NCBI GenBank assembly: GCA_039803745.1
Contig: JBDRZD010000002.1
Span: 1-47,578 of the forward strand
Length of the DNA stretch: 47,578 nt
Direction: 5' to 3'
Origin: a candidate division WOR-3 bacterium
Lineage (GTDB): Bacteria > Hydrothermota > Hydrothermia > Hydrothermales > Hydrothermaceae
Part shown: one piece after another, positions 28,439 to 37,306 of the stretch
How positions within the stretch are numbered: position 1 is the stretch's first letter
How the letters are laid out: every line of letters begins with the position of its first letter
Made by a program: the position numbers and the translations under genes
The notes under the pieces: model-generated
Database searches by the model: none
The model's input: the letters and a program-made list of their open reading frames with translations, nothing else
Told to the model about the DNA's origin: nothing

Positions 28439-30388
28439 ATGAAATTTTTAATCCTATTTATAATTTTATTGGGAACAAAATCAAAAGAAGGTAAAATAAT
28501 CTTTCAGATTGAAGATGCGTATACAGGGAAAAGCATCCAGACAAAAATAAATTATTTAAAGGATGGGAAAACAGAAGGAAGTACAATAATAGAGGGGAAA
28601 CAGGAAATTTTCCTTCCAGAAGGAAAATATGAATTTTATTTTGAAGCAGAAGGATATTCACCTCTATGGACATATTTCTACATAAAAGAAAATGAAACAT
28701 TAAAGGTAAATGTTTTACTTTCACCTTTAAAAAAAGAAGATATCTTTCCTGAAAAAAAAGAGGATTTAACAGGCATAAGGGGATATGTGACAGATTTAAA
28801 TGGTAAGCCTTTGAAAAATGCTGAAGTAATATTAAAAGGAAAAAATTTAAAAACATTTACAGATGAAAAAGGGATTTTTGAATTCTGGATAAAAATTGAA
28901 GAAAAAGAATACAGTTCTCCAGAAGATGTGCCTAAGGATACAGTGATATTAAAAATTAAAGGATATAAAAAATTGAAAAGAGAGATAATCTTAATACCTG
29001 AAAATATGATATTGAAAATAAAGATGGAAGAAGGGGAAGGCGAAAAAATAATTCCTGAAATAAGAGGAAAAGGAACAGGTGAATTGCCATCTTCTCCTTA
29101 TAAAGGATTTGAAGGCAAAATAGAGGAAAACATTTTAAGAATAGTACTGGATCCACCACCATCAATAAGAGTTGGACATCCTTGCGATTGCTGGACCTGT
29201 ACCAATGTTGCTGTTATGAGTTTAGAGTACTATGTCTCAAGCGGGCTTGATGATGAATGGATTGCTTCATGGGGGCAGCATACATTAAGGGCTGGCTCAA
29301 TTCCTTATAGAAGTTATGGAACATACTATGTTATACATCCCTATAGTCCAAATTATGATATATGTGACAATGCCTGCTGCCAGGTATGGGATGGAAGTGA
29401 TATTTATGCAAGTTGCACACTTGCTACTTATATTACAAATGGAATTTTACTTCAAAAAAATTCTGATTATGCAAGGTCAGAATATTCTGCTGAAAATAAT
29501 AACTGTGGATGTGGTGATGGATACAGTGGAACAGGTATCAGCTGGCCATGCATAGAAGACCCTGTTTGTGCAGGATATAGTTGTTATGGACATGGAAGAG
29601 GCATGTGTCAGTGGGGGTCAAGAAGATGGGCTTATAATCAGGGAAGATTATGGAAATGGATTGTTAACCACTATTATGAGCCAGGAAATATGTATATTGC
29701 AACACCAATGAAAATAAATTCTATAAGCGTTTCCCAAAATCAGGTTCAGCCGGGTGACACATTTATAATTTATTATAACATTTATTCTTACTGTGAAAAA
29801 AAACATGAAAATATTTTACTTGGCGCTTCTCTTTATAATCCGAATGTTGGATTTATAGATGACCCTCAAAATGATTCTCTTGTTTTAGTTTCTCCTCAGC
29901 AAAGCACAAGAGCAAGAATATTTGTTATACCAACAAATGCTCCATATGGCTTATATGATTTATGGACTGCTTTATGGGTTGATGTTGATGAAGATAAAGA
30001 TATAACAGGTAATGACCTTGATTTATATTTATTTATTTTGGAAAACGCCATTAGTATCCAGCCTGTTGAAGCAAGAGAAGATAAACTTCCACCAGACTTT
30101 TATTTAATATCAAACTCTTCAAAAAAATTTGGATTTCTTCAGATTTCACCAAATATAATAAATCAAAAAACAGAAATCATTTTCAGCATCCCATCAAAGA
30201 GAAAAATAATCCTTGAAATTTTTGACACAAAAGGTTCAAGAATTTTAAAGATATTTGAAAGGGATTTTGAAAAAGGTATTTATAAATATTTTTTAAATAC
30301 AAAATTTTTAAAATCGGGAATATATTTCCTTCATTTAAAAAGTGATAAAAAAGAAAAAGATACAAGAAAAATAGAGATTTTTAAATAA
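28439..30388 (+). CDS. secreted Cys-rich SpoIID/LytB-like protein with N-terminal beta-sandwich domains and a T9SS-type C-terminal sorting domain
   Basis: 649 aa. SD GGAGGTGA and a signal peptide. Two CarboxypepD_reg-like segments. The central region has SLEYYVSSGLDDEW, CDNACCQVW and GHGRGMCQWGSRRWA...NHYY, resembling the SpoIID motifs (CDxxxCQVY, GHGVGMSQxGA, HYY). The C-terminal KIILEIFDTKGSRIL...GIYFLHLK is Por_Secre_tail-like. Confidence 0.6.
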   Translation: MKFLILFIILLGTKSKEGKIIFQIEDAYTGKSIQTKINYLKDGKTEGSTIIEGKQEIFLPEGKYEFYFEAEGYSPLWTYFYIKENETLKVNVLLSPLKKEDIFPEKKEDLTGIRGYVTDLNGKPLKNAEVILKGKNLKTFTDEKGIFEFWIKIEEKEYSSPEDVPKDTVILKIKGYKKLKREIILIPENMILKIKMEEGEGEKIIPEIRGKGTGELPSSPYKGFEGKIEENILRIVLDPPPSIRVGHPCDCWTCTNVAVMSLEYYVSSGLDDEWIASWGQHTLRAGSIPYRSYGTYYVIHPYSPNYDICDNACCQVWDGSDIYASCTLATYITNGILLQKNSDYARSEYSAENNNCGCGDGYSGTGISWPCIEDPVCAGYSCYGHGRGMCQWGSRRWAYNQGRLWKWIVNHYYEPGNMYIATPMKINSISVSQNQVQPGDTFIIYYNIYSYCEKKHENILLGASLYNPNVGFIDDPQNDSLVLVSPQQSTRARIFVIPTNAPYGLYDLWTALWVDVDEDKDITGNDLDLYLFILENAISIQPVEAREDKLPPDFYLISNSSKKFGFLQISPNIINQKTEIIFSIPSKRKIILEIFDTKGSRILKIFERDFEKGIYKYFLNTKFLKSGIYFLHLKSDKKEKDTRKIEIFK

Positions 30389-30515
30389 AACTCCTTTTCC
30401 CTAATCAAGAATTTTTACACCTCGGAAGTGTAAAAAAGGGTGTAATAGATTTAAATTTTAATTTTAAATAGGCAAAAATTGGAAATTATTAATTCTCTTC
30501 CTTTATAATTTTTTT

Positions 30516-31127
30516 ATGAATTTTTTTGCTTTTTCTCTTATAATGGGTTCTTTATGGGGGATAGGAGAAATTTTAATATGGAATTTCTTGAAGATTTTAA
30601 ATATAGGTATAAAATCTCCATTTGTATTTGCCTATGGAATTTTTATTCTTACCTTATCAAGAAAAATTTATGATAAAAAAGGAATATCATTATTAATAGG
30701 GTTAATAGCAATATCTTTTAAATTTTTAAATTCTTCAATTTTCTTATGTCAGTTTGTTGCTGTTCTAATAGAGGCTATTTGCTTTGAAATAGGATTTCTT
30801 TTGATTCCTTATTTTAAAAATTTTTACAGGATTTTAATTCCATTATTTTCAACTTATTTTAGTTTTGCAGGCTTTGCCTTTTCAATAGTGTATATTTTAA
30901 AAATGGAGGGATGGGTTAAAAGGGGGAAATCAGGAATAATTCATTATATTACCGTAAACGGCTCCCTTGCATTTTTATTTTCAATTCTGGCTTTCAATCT
31001 CGCTCTGCTTTTATACAATTATATTTTCAATAAAAAAACTGAAAAGATAATTATTCTTTTTAAAAAATACGGACTGAAATTTTCAATATTATTTTTTATA
31101 TTGAGCTGGATATGGATAAATCTTTGA
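30516..31127 (+). CDS. hypothetical multi-pass integral membrane protein, first gene of the hdr-fdh operon
   Basis: 203 aa, about 6 hydrophobic helices, no recognised motifs. Its 3' end overlaps hdrC by 16 nt. TATAAT (30504-30509) lies 6 nt upstream of the ATG. Confidence 0.5.
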   Translation: MNFFAFSLIMGSLWGIGEILIWNFLKILNIGIKSPFVFAYGIFILTLSRKIYDKKGISLLIGLIAISFKFLNSSIFLCQFVAVLIEAICFEIGFLLIPYFKNFYRILIPLFSTYFSFAGFAFSIVYILKMEGWVKRGKSGIIHYITVNGSLAFLFSILAFNLALLLYNYIFNKKTEKIIILFKKYGLKFSILFFILSWIWINL

Positions 31128-31525
31128 TAGAAACATGTATTCAATGTGGAAAATGTAGTGCATCCTGCTCTTTTTCAAAATATATGGAATATTCTCCGAG
31201 AAAATTAATTAACATTTTTTTATCCGAAAACAAAATACCTGAAAATATAAATACATTTTGGCTTTGCACATCCTGTTATACCTGCACTATAAAATGTCCA
31301 AGAGGTATTCCTCTTATTGATTTTATTTATTTAATAAGGGAAAATTATTATGATAAGTTAAAAAATAAATATGCAGAATTTTATAAAGTATTTCACAGAA
31401 ATATTAAAAAGAATAAAAGGTTAAAAGAAAAATCTGCTTTTTTAGAATATTTTATTAACTCACCACTTTTTTTAATCCAAAAAATTGATTTGCTTTTTAA
31501 ACTCTTGATTAAAAAAAGATTATGA
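31112..31525 (+). CDS. hdrC: heterodisulfide reductase subunit C-like 4Fe-4S protein
   Basis: 137 aa. CIQCGKCSASC and CTSCYTCTIKCPRGIP cluster motifs. Position is immediately before hdrB. Confidence 0.75.
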   Translation: MDKSLIETCIQCGKCSASCSFSKYMEYSPRKLINIFLSENKIPENINTFWLCTSCYTCTIKCPRGIPLIDFIYLIRENYYDKLKNKYAEFYKVFHRNIKKNKRLKEKSAFLEYFINSPLFLIQKIDLLFKLLIKKRL

Positions 31526-32271
31526 AAGAGGCTATTTTTCCGGGTTGCTCTTTAACCCAAAGTGCAAAGGATTATTATTATTCTACAAAAATCATCTTAA
31601 GGTATCTTGGTAAAGAGATTGAAGAATTGCCTGAATGGGAATGCTGTGGTGCAACCATTTTACCATCCGTTTCAAAAAAGGATTTTGAAGAAGTAAATAA
31701 AAGGAATATTGAGAGAGCAACTCTTTTAAAAATTAAAAGGCTTATTTCTCCATGTAGTTCATGTTTTATCAATCTTAAAAAATTTTCAGAGAATAAAGTT
31801 GAAATAATACATCTTCTTTATTATCTTTATGAAATGAAAGATAAAATAAAGTTAAAAGTAAAAGATAAAAAAGATTTGAAGATTATTCCTTATTATGGGT
31901 GTCAAACATTAAGACCTTTTGGAAAAGAAAATGTCTGGAATCCTTTTTCAATGGATGAAATAATTGAAATATGTGGTTTTAAAGTGGTAAATTTCCCGTA
32001 TAAAACAAAATGTTGTGGAGGAGTTGTCTCTCAGATAGAGCCTTATAGGGGAAATGAAATAATAAAGGAAATTTTTGAAGATTTTGTTGAAAAATTTGAT
32101 ATTGTTTCTACTATTTGCCCTTTATGCAGAATAAATCTGGAGTTTACCTTTTTGAAACTTAAATTCAAAAAACCTGTGCTTTATCTTACCCAGATTATAG
32201 GAATTTCTTTTGAAATAAATGAAAGGGAATTATTTTTAAATAAAAGTTTAATTTCATTTAAAATTAAATGA
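31522..32271 (+). CDS. hdrB: heterodisulfide reductase subunit B-like (two CCG domains)
   Basis: 249 aa. Two Cys-rich CCG motifs (C...CCGA...CSSC and C...CCGG...CPLC). Confidence 0.8.
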   Translation: MKEAIFPGCSLTQSAKDYYYSTKIILRYLGKEIEELPEWECCGATILPSVSKKDFEEVNKRNIERATLLKIKRLISPCSSCFINLKKFSENKVEIIHLLYYLYEMKDKIKLKVKDKKDLKIIPYYGCQTLRPFGKENVWNPFSMDEIIEICGFKVVNFPYKTKCCGGVVSQIEPYRGNEIIKEIFEDFVEKFDIVSTICPLCRINLEFTFLKLKFKKPVLYLTQIIGISFEINERELFLNKSLISFKIK

Positions 32272-34220
32272 AGATAGGTGTTTATATATGCCATTGCGGT
32301 AAAAATATTGCTGATAAAGTCGATGTTAAAAAAGTTGTAGAATTTTTTAATAATTATCCTGATGTTTTTATTTCAAGGGATTATATATTCTTGTGTTCTG
32401 ATGCAGGTCAAAATTTAATTCAAGAGGATATAAAAAATTTTAAATTGGATAGGATCGTGATAGGGAGTTGTTCACCTACTATGCATTTAAAAACATTTCA
32501 AGGAGTATTGGAAAAGGTCAAGATAAATCCGCATTTTATTGAAATTGCAAATTTAAGAGAGCAATGTTCATGGGTAACGAAAGATAAAAATTATGGCACA
32601 GAAAAAGCAGTTTCACTTTTAAAAGGCGCCATTGAGAAAGTTAAATATCATGAAAAAATAGAAAGAAAAAAAATGCCCATAGCACAAAAAGTCGCAGTAA
32701 TTGGAGGCGGGATAGCAGGAATACAGGCTTCCCTTGACATTGCTGAGGCAGGTTATGAAGTTTTTCTAATTGAGAAAAAAGCGACAATAGGTGGTCATAT
32801 GGCTTTTTTTGATAAAACATTTCCCACACTTGATTGCGCTTCCTGTATACTAACTCCTAAAATGAGCGAAGTAAGAAATAAGAAAATAATTAAAATCTTT
32901 ACTTTGAGTGAAATAAAAGAAATTCAGGGAACTGCTGGGAATTATATTCTAAAAATAATTAAAAAACCAAGATACGTTGATGAAGAAAAATGTATAGGTT
33001 GTGGTATATGTATTGAAAACTGTGTTTATAAAGAAGGGAAATTCCCTAACGAATACGATTTTGGACTTTCTTTAAGAAAACCAATCTATATTCCATTACC
33101 ATATGCACTCCCACTCTCCCCTGTTATAGATAAAGATGCCTGTATTTATTTTAAAACAGGAAAATGCCCGAGAACCTGTGAGAAAGCATGCAAAGAAGAA
33201 GTTAAAAGAGGTGCAATAAATTTTGAACAAAAAGAGGAAGAAATAGAAATCAATGTAGGCGCAATAATTGTTGCAACAGGTTATAAAACTTTTAATCCTG
33301 AAAGAGTTTATGAATATGGATATAAAAGATATAAGAATGTGTTTTCATCTCTTGAGATTGAAAGGATGCTTTCTTCCTCAGGACCAACAAAAGGCGAAAT
33401 TTTGACAAGGGACGGAAGAAAACCAAAAAGTGTGGGAATAATACATTGTGTCGGAAGCAGAGATATAAATTATAACAGATATTGTTCAAAAGTATGCTGT
33501 ATGTATGCGTTGAAATTTTCCTATTTAATAAAGGAAAGAACAAATGCTGAAATATATCACTTTTACATAGATATTAGGGCTTCAGGAAAAGGATATGAAG
33601 AATTTTATGAAAGAGTTCAAAAAGAAGGTGCGATATTCATAAGAGGAAAACCATCTGAAATTAATGAAAAAAACGGTAAACTAATTGTAAAATTTGAGAA
33701 TACATTAACAGGCAAAGTTCAGGAAAAAGAATTTGATATGGTAATTTTATGTAATGCAATTGAGCCTTCTGAAGGAACAAAAGAAATTGCAGAAATTTTA
33801 AAACTTTCAAAAAGTGAAGATGGATTCTTGCTGGAACTTCATCCAAAACTTGAACCTGTTTCAACATCAATATCAGGAATATTTATAGCAGGATGTGCGC
33901 AAGGACCAAAAGACATACCTGAAACTGTTGCACAGGCATCTGCATGTGCATCAAAAGTGATTGCATTTTTAAACAAAAAGGAATATGAAATAGAAAATCT
34001 TATTGCTTATATAGATGAAAAAAAATGCACAGGATGTGGCAAATGTGTGAATGTATGTGCTTTTGACGCCCTTTATATAGAAGATGGAAAATGTAAAATT
34101 AAAGAGATAAACTGTAAGGGATGCGGAATATGCTCTGCTACATGTTTCTCAAATGCAATAAATGTAAAAAATATGGGGTATAAGGAAATAATAAAACAAG
34201 TTGAAGGGATATTAAAATGA
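32268..34220 (+). CDS. hdrA: heterodisulfide reductase subunit A-like FAD/FeS protein
   Basis: 650 aa. N-terminal YICHCGKNI, FAD fold VAVIGGGIAGIQASL, an inserted ferredoxin domain CIGCGICIENC and C-terminal CTGCGKCVNVC...CKGCGICSATC. Confidence 0.9.
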   Translation: MKIGVYICHCGKNIADKVDVKKVVEFFNNYPDVFISRDYIFLCSDAGQNLIQEDIKNFKLDRIVIGSCSPTMHLKTFQGVLEKVKINPHFIEIANLREQCSWVTKDKNYGTEKAVSLLKGAIEKVKYHEKIERKKMPIAQKVAVIGGGIAGIQASLDIAEAGYEVFLIEKKATIGGHMAFFDKTFPTLDCASCILTPKMSEVRNKKIIKIFTLSEIKEIQGTAGNYILKIIKKPRYVDEEKCIGCGICIENCVYKEGKFPNEYDFGLSLRKPIYIPLPYALPLSPVIDKDACIYFKTGKCPRTCEKACKEEVKRGAINFEQKEEEIEINVGAIIVATGYKTFNPERVYEYGYKRYKNVFSSLEIERMLSSSGPTKGEILTRDGRKPKSVGIIHCVGSRDINYNRYCSKVCCMYALKFSYLIKERTNAEIYHFYIDIRASGKGYEEFYERVQKEGAIFIRGKPSEINEKNGKLIVKFENTLTGKVQEKEFDMVILCNAIEPSEGTKEIAEILKLSKSEDGFLLELHPKLEPVSTSISGIFIAGCAQGPKDIPETVAQASACASKVIAFLNKKEYEIENLIAYIDEKKCTGCGKCVNVCAFDALYIEDGKCKIKEINCKGCGICSATCFSNAINVKNMGYKEIIKQVEGILK

Positions 34221-34609
34221 AAATAATAGCCTTTTTCTGTCAGTGGTGTGCCTACAGGGGGGCAGACCTCGCGGGGACACTAAGACTTGAATATCCTCAT
34301 GAAATAAGAATAGTTAAGATTCCTTGTACAGGTGGAATTTCTCCTCATATTTTATTAAAAACATTTCAAATGGGTGCTGATGGAATCCTGATTGGAGGAT
34401 GTTATCCTGGTGAATGCCATTATGAACATGGCAATTTAATTGCTGAAAAAAGAATAAAAATTTTAAAAGAAATATTAAAAAAAGTAGGGATAGAACCCGA
34501 AAGAATTGAGATAACTTGGATTTCAGCAGGAGAAGGAATAAAAATGCAGAAAAAAGCATATGAGTTTTATGAAAAAATAAAAAAACTTGGAAGTTTAAAA
34601 AATGAGTGA
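34217..34609 (+). CDS. mvhD: MvhD/FlpD-like hydrogenase iron-sulfur subunit
   Basis: 130 aa. FFCQWCAY...KIPCTGGISP...GGCYPGECHY is the typical MvhD pattern. Confidence 0.85.
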   Translation: MKIIAFFCQWCAYRGADLAGTLRLEYPHEIRIVKIPCTGGISPHILLKTFQMGADGILIGGCYPGECHYEHGNLIAEKRIKILKEILKKVGIEPERIEITWISAGEGIKMQKKAYEFYEKIKKLGSLKNE

Positions 34610-35270
34610 ATATAAACTTGGATATAAAAGAGTAAAGGGCAAATACTCTGAAAAAGAATTCGTTTTACCTGCACTGGATAAAAACGGAGAATTTATTGAA
34701 AAAGTTGAAATTAGGTATCCATTATTAAAAATATTTCTTGATATCAAAAAATTTGTTGAGAAAGAAAATATCCACTTATTTTTAAGAAGATGTGAAGAAA
34801 AGGCTCTAAAAGAGATGATAAAAGAAAATCAGGTAGATGAGAAAAAAATAAGGTTTTCAATTCTTGAATGTCCTGAAAATCTTGTTAAAAAATGCGAATG
34901 CAAATATTACGGAATAGAAATGAAAAAAGAATTTCCTGAAGATTATAGGCTCTGGGAAGAAGAATTTTTGAGATGTATAAAATGCACAGGATGTATTGAA
35001 AATTGTCCTGTTTGTTTCTGTGAAAAATGCATATTATTTGATGAATTTTATGTCAAAAAGGGAGAAATTCCTCCTGAATTTCCTGTTTTTCATTTAATAA
35101 AAGTATTTCATATGGCTGGAAGATGTGTTGAATGCAATTTATGCTTTGAGTTATGTCCTGCTCTTTTACCAATAAACTATCTTACAAGAAAAATAAATAA
35201 ATTTGTAAAAGATAATTTTGGATATGAAGCAGGAAGCGAAGAAATAAATCCCCTTTTTAAAAAACCATGA
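34602..35270 (+). CDS. 4Fe-4S dicluster protein (putative electron-transfer subunit linking FdhA to Hdr/MvhD)
   Basis: 222 aa. CIKCTGCIENCPVCFCEKC and RCVECNLCFELCP cluster motifs. Overlaps both neighbouring genes. Confidence 0.65.
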   Translation: MSEYKLGYKRVKGKYSEKEFVLPALDKNGEFIEKVEIRYPLLKIFLDIKKFVEKENIHLFLRRCEEKALKEMIKENQVDEKKIRFSILECPENLVKKCECKYYGIEMKKEFPEDYRLWEEEFLRCIKCTGCIENCPVCFCEKCILFDEFYVKKGEIPPEFPVFHLIKVFHMAGRCVECNLCFELCPALLPINYLTRKINKFVKDNFGYEAGSEEINPLFKKP

Positions 35271-37306
35271 ATGTTGAATTTGTACCATCTATATGTGTTT
35301 ATTGCGGGGTAGGATGTGGAATAATTTTTGAGGTTGTAAATGGAAGAATAATAAATACCTATGGGAGACCTGATCATCCTGTGAATGAAGGAAAGTTATG
35401 CCTGAAAGGGAAAAAATGCCATGAATTCGTCCATCATCCTGAAAGGCTTAAAAAACCCCTGATAAAAGATGGAAAAGAATTTAAAGAAACAAATTGGGAT
35501 ACTGCTTTGAACTTAATTACCAAAAAATTAATTGAAATAAAAGAAAAATATGGGCCTGATAGTATTGCAGTAATTTCTTCTGCAAAATGCACAAATGAGG
35601 AAAATTATTTAATACAAAAATTCGCAAGAACTATAATTGGAACAAACAATATAGACCATTGTGCAAGGTTATGCCATGCTTCAAGTGTTGTTGGACTTGG
35701 AATGGCTTTTGGTAGTGGTGCAATGACAAATTCTATTTCAGAAATTGAAAATGCGGAATGTATTTTGGTAACCGGGTCAAACACAACAGAACAGCATCCC
35801 ATAATAGCAGGATGGATTTATAAGGCAAAGAAAAAAGGAGCAAAAATAATCGTGGTTGAGCCAAGGAAAACACAACTTGCAAAAATTGCTGATATTTATT
35901 TAGAAATTTTTCCAGGAACGGATGTGGCATGGATAAATGGATTTTTAAATGTAATAATTAATGAAAACTTATATGATAAAAAATTTATTGAAGAAAAAAC
36001 AGAAGGTTTTGAAGAACTTAAAGAAGTTGTAAAAGAATATACGCCTGAAAAAGTTTCTCAAATCACAGGAGTTAATAAAGAGGATCTTATTAAAGGAGCA
36101 AGAATTTATGCAAGTTCTAAAAAAAGTATGATAATTTATGGGATGGGTATAACCCAACATATCACAGGAACAGAAAATGTATTATCCCTTGCCAATCTTG
36201 CAATGATTACAGGAAATGTTGGAAGAGAAAACACTGGCGTAAATCCTTTAAGAGGGCACCAGAATGTTCAAGGTGCATGCGATATGGGTGCATTACCAGA
36301 TTTTTATCCCGGCTATCAAAAAATAAAAGAACCTGAAATAAGAAAAAAATTTGAAGAATATTGGAAAACAAAACTCAATGAAAATCAAGGGCTTACCCTT
36401 GTTGAGATTTTTGAAGCAATATTAAATGGTGATATAAAGGCTCTTTACATAATAGGTGAAAATCCGGTTATTACAAACCCTAATACAAAAAAAATAATAT
36501 CGGCACTTGATAAAGTTCCCTTTCTTATTGTAGAAGACATATTTTTAACAGAGACAGCAAAATTTGCAGATGTCATTTTACCGGCAACTTGTTTTGCAGA
36601 AAAAGAAGGAACATACACTTCAACAGAGAGAAGAGTCCAGATAGGGTATAAAGCGGTACACCCACCAGGTGAAGCAAAAAGTGATTGGGAGATAATTCAG
36701 GAAATAGCAAAAAGGATGGGGTTTTACTGGAATTACAAAGATTCAAAAGAAATATTTGAAGAAATAAGGAAAATAACACCCATTTATTCAGGAATAACCT
36801 ATGAAAAGATTGAACTTTATGATGGAATACAATGGCCATGCAGGAATGAAGAAGACCTTGGTACAAAATATCTTCATAAAGACGGCTTTTTAAGAGGAAA
36901 AGGTAAATTCCATCCTGTCCATTATAAAAAACCTTTTGAAGAGCCTAATGAGGAATATCCTTATATATTGACAACAGGTAGAATATATTTTCATTTTCAT
37001 TCTGGGTCAATGACAAGGAAATCAGTCAGTTTAAAAGAAGAAATAGATGAAGCCTTTGTTGAAGTAAATCCACAGGATGCAAGAAATATGAATTTAAAAG
37101 ATGGAGATAATGTTAAAATAAAATCAAGAAGAGGGGAAATAAAAGTCAAGGTTAAAATTAAAGATGATATTAAAAAGGGTGTTATTTTTATTCCATTTCA
37201 TTTTGCAGAATCTGCTGCAAATATTTTAACCCATACTAATCTTGATCCACTTGCAAAGATACCTGAATTTAAGGTTTGTGCAGTAAAAATTGAAAAAGCG
37301 ATTTAA
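35267..37306 (+). CDS. fdhA: formate dehydrogenase catalytic subunit (Mo/W-bis-MGD), cysteine type, cytoplasmic
   Basis: 679 aa. N-terminal 4Fe-4S CVYCGVGC...C. The active-site context NIDHCARLCHASSV has TGC (35672-35674) where Sec-type enzymes have TGA. No twin-arginine signal. Confidence 0.85.
   Translation: MNVEFVPSICVYCGVGCGIIFEVVNGRIINTYGRPDHPVNEGKLCLKGKKCHEFVHHPERLKKPLIKDGKEFKETNWDTALNLITKKLIEIKEKYGPDSIAVISSAKCTNEENYLIQKFARTIIGTNNIDHCARLCHASSVVGLGMAFGSGAMTNSISEIENAECILVTGSNTTEQHPIIAGWIYKAKKKGAKIIVVEPRKTQLAKIADIYLEIFPGTDVAWINGFLNVIINENLYDKKFIEEKTEGFEELKEVVKEYTPEKVSQITGVNKEDLIKGARIYASSKKSMIIYGMGITQHITGTENVLSLANLAMITGNVGRENTGVNPLRGHQNVQGACDMGALPDFYPGYQKIKEPEIRKKFEEYWKTKLNENQGLTLVEIFEAILNGDIKALYIIGENPVITNPNTKKIISALDKVPFLIVEDIFLTETAKFADVILPATCFAEKEGTYTSTERRVQIGYKAVHPPGEAKSDWEIIQEIAKRMGFYWNYKDSKEIFEEIRKITPIYSGITYEKIELYDGIQWPCRNEEDLGTKYLHKDGFLRGKGKFHPVHYKKPFEEPNEEYPYILTTGRIYFHFHSGSMTRKSVSLKEEIDEAFVEVNPQDARNMNLKDGDNVKIKSRRGEIKVKVKIKDDIKKGVIFIPFHFAESAANILTHTNLDPLAKIPEFKVCAVKIEKAI

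Noticed and set aside
30412-30436. 9-bp hairpin TTTTTACAC-CTCGGAA-GTGTAAAAA downstream of the SpoIID-like gene, as a possible intrinsic terminator. It shares a CACCTCGG core with the 39196-39210 hairpin.
   Set aside because: The T-run precedes the stem and the A-run follows it, the reverse of a terminator on either strand. The stem is mostly A/T and would be weak at high temperature. The shared 8-mer occurs only twice, which is too little to call a repeat family.
35672-35674. Possible selenocysteine (in-frame TGA) in FdhA or in HdrA/MvhD
   Set aside because: The catalytic position in the NIDHCARLCHASSV context is encoded by TGC (Cys). The fdhA, hdrA and mvhD frames are uninterrupted, so no recoding is needed.
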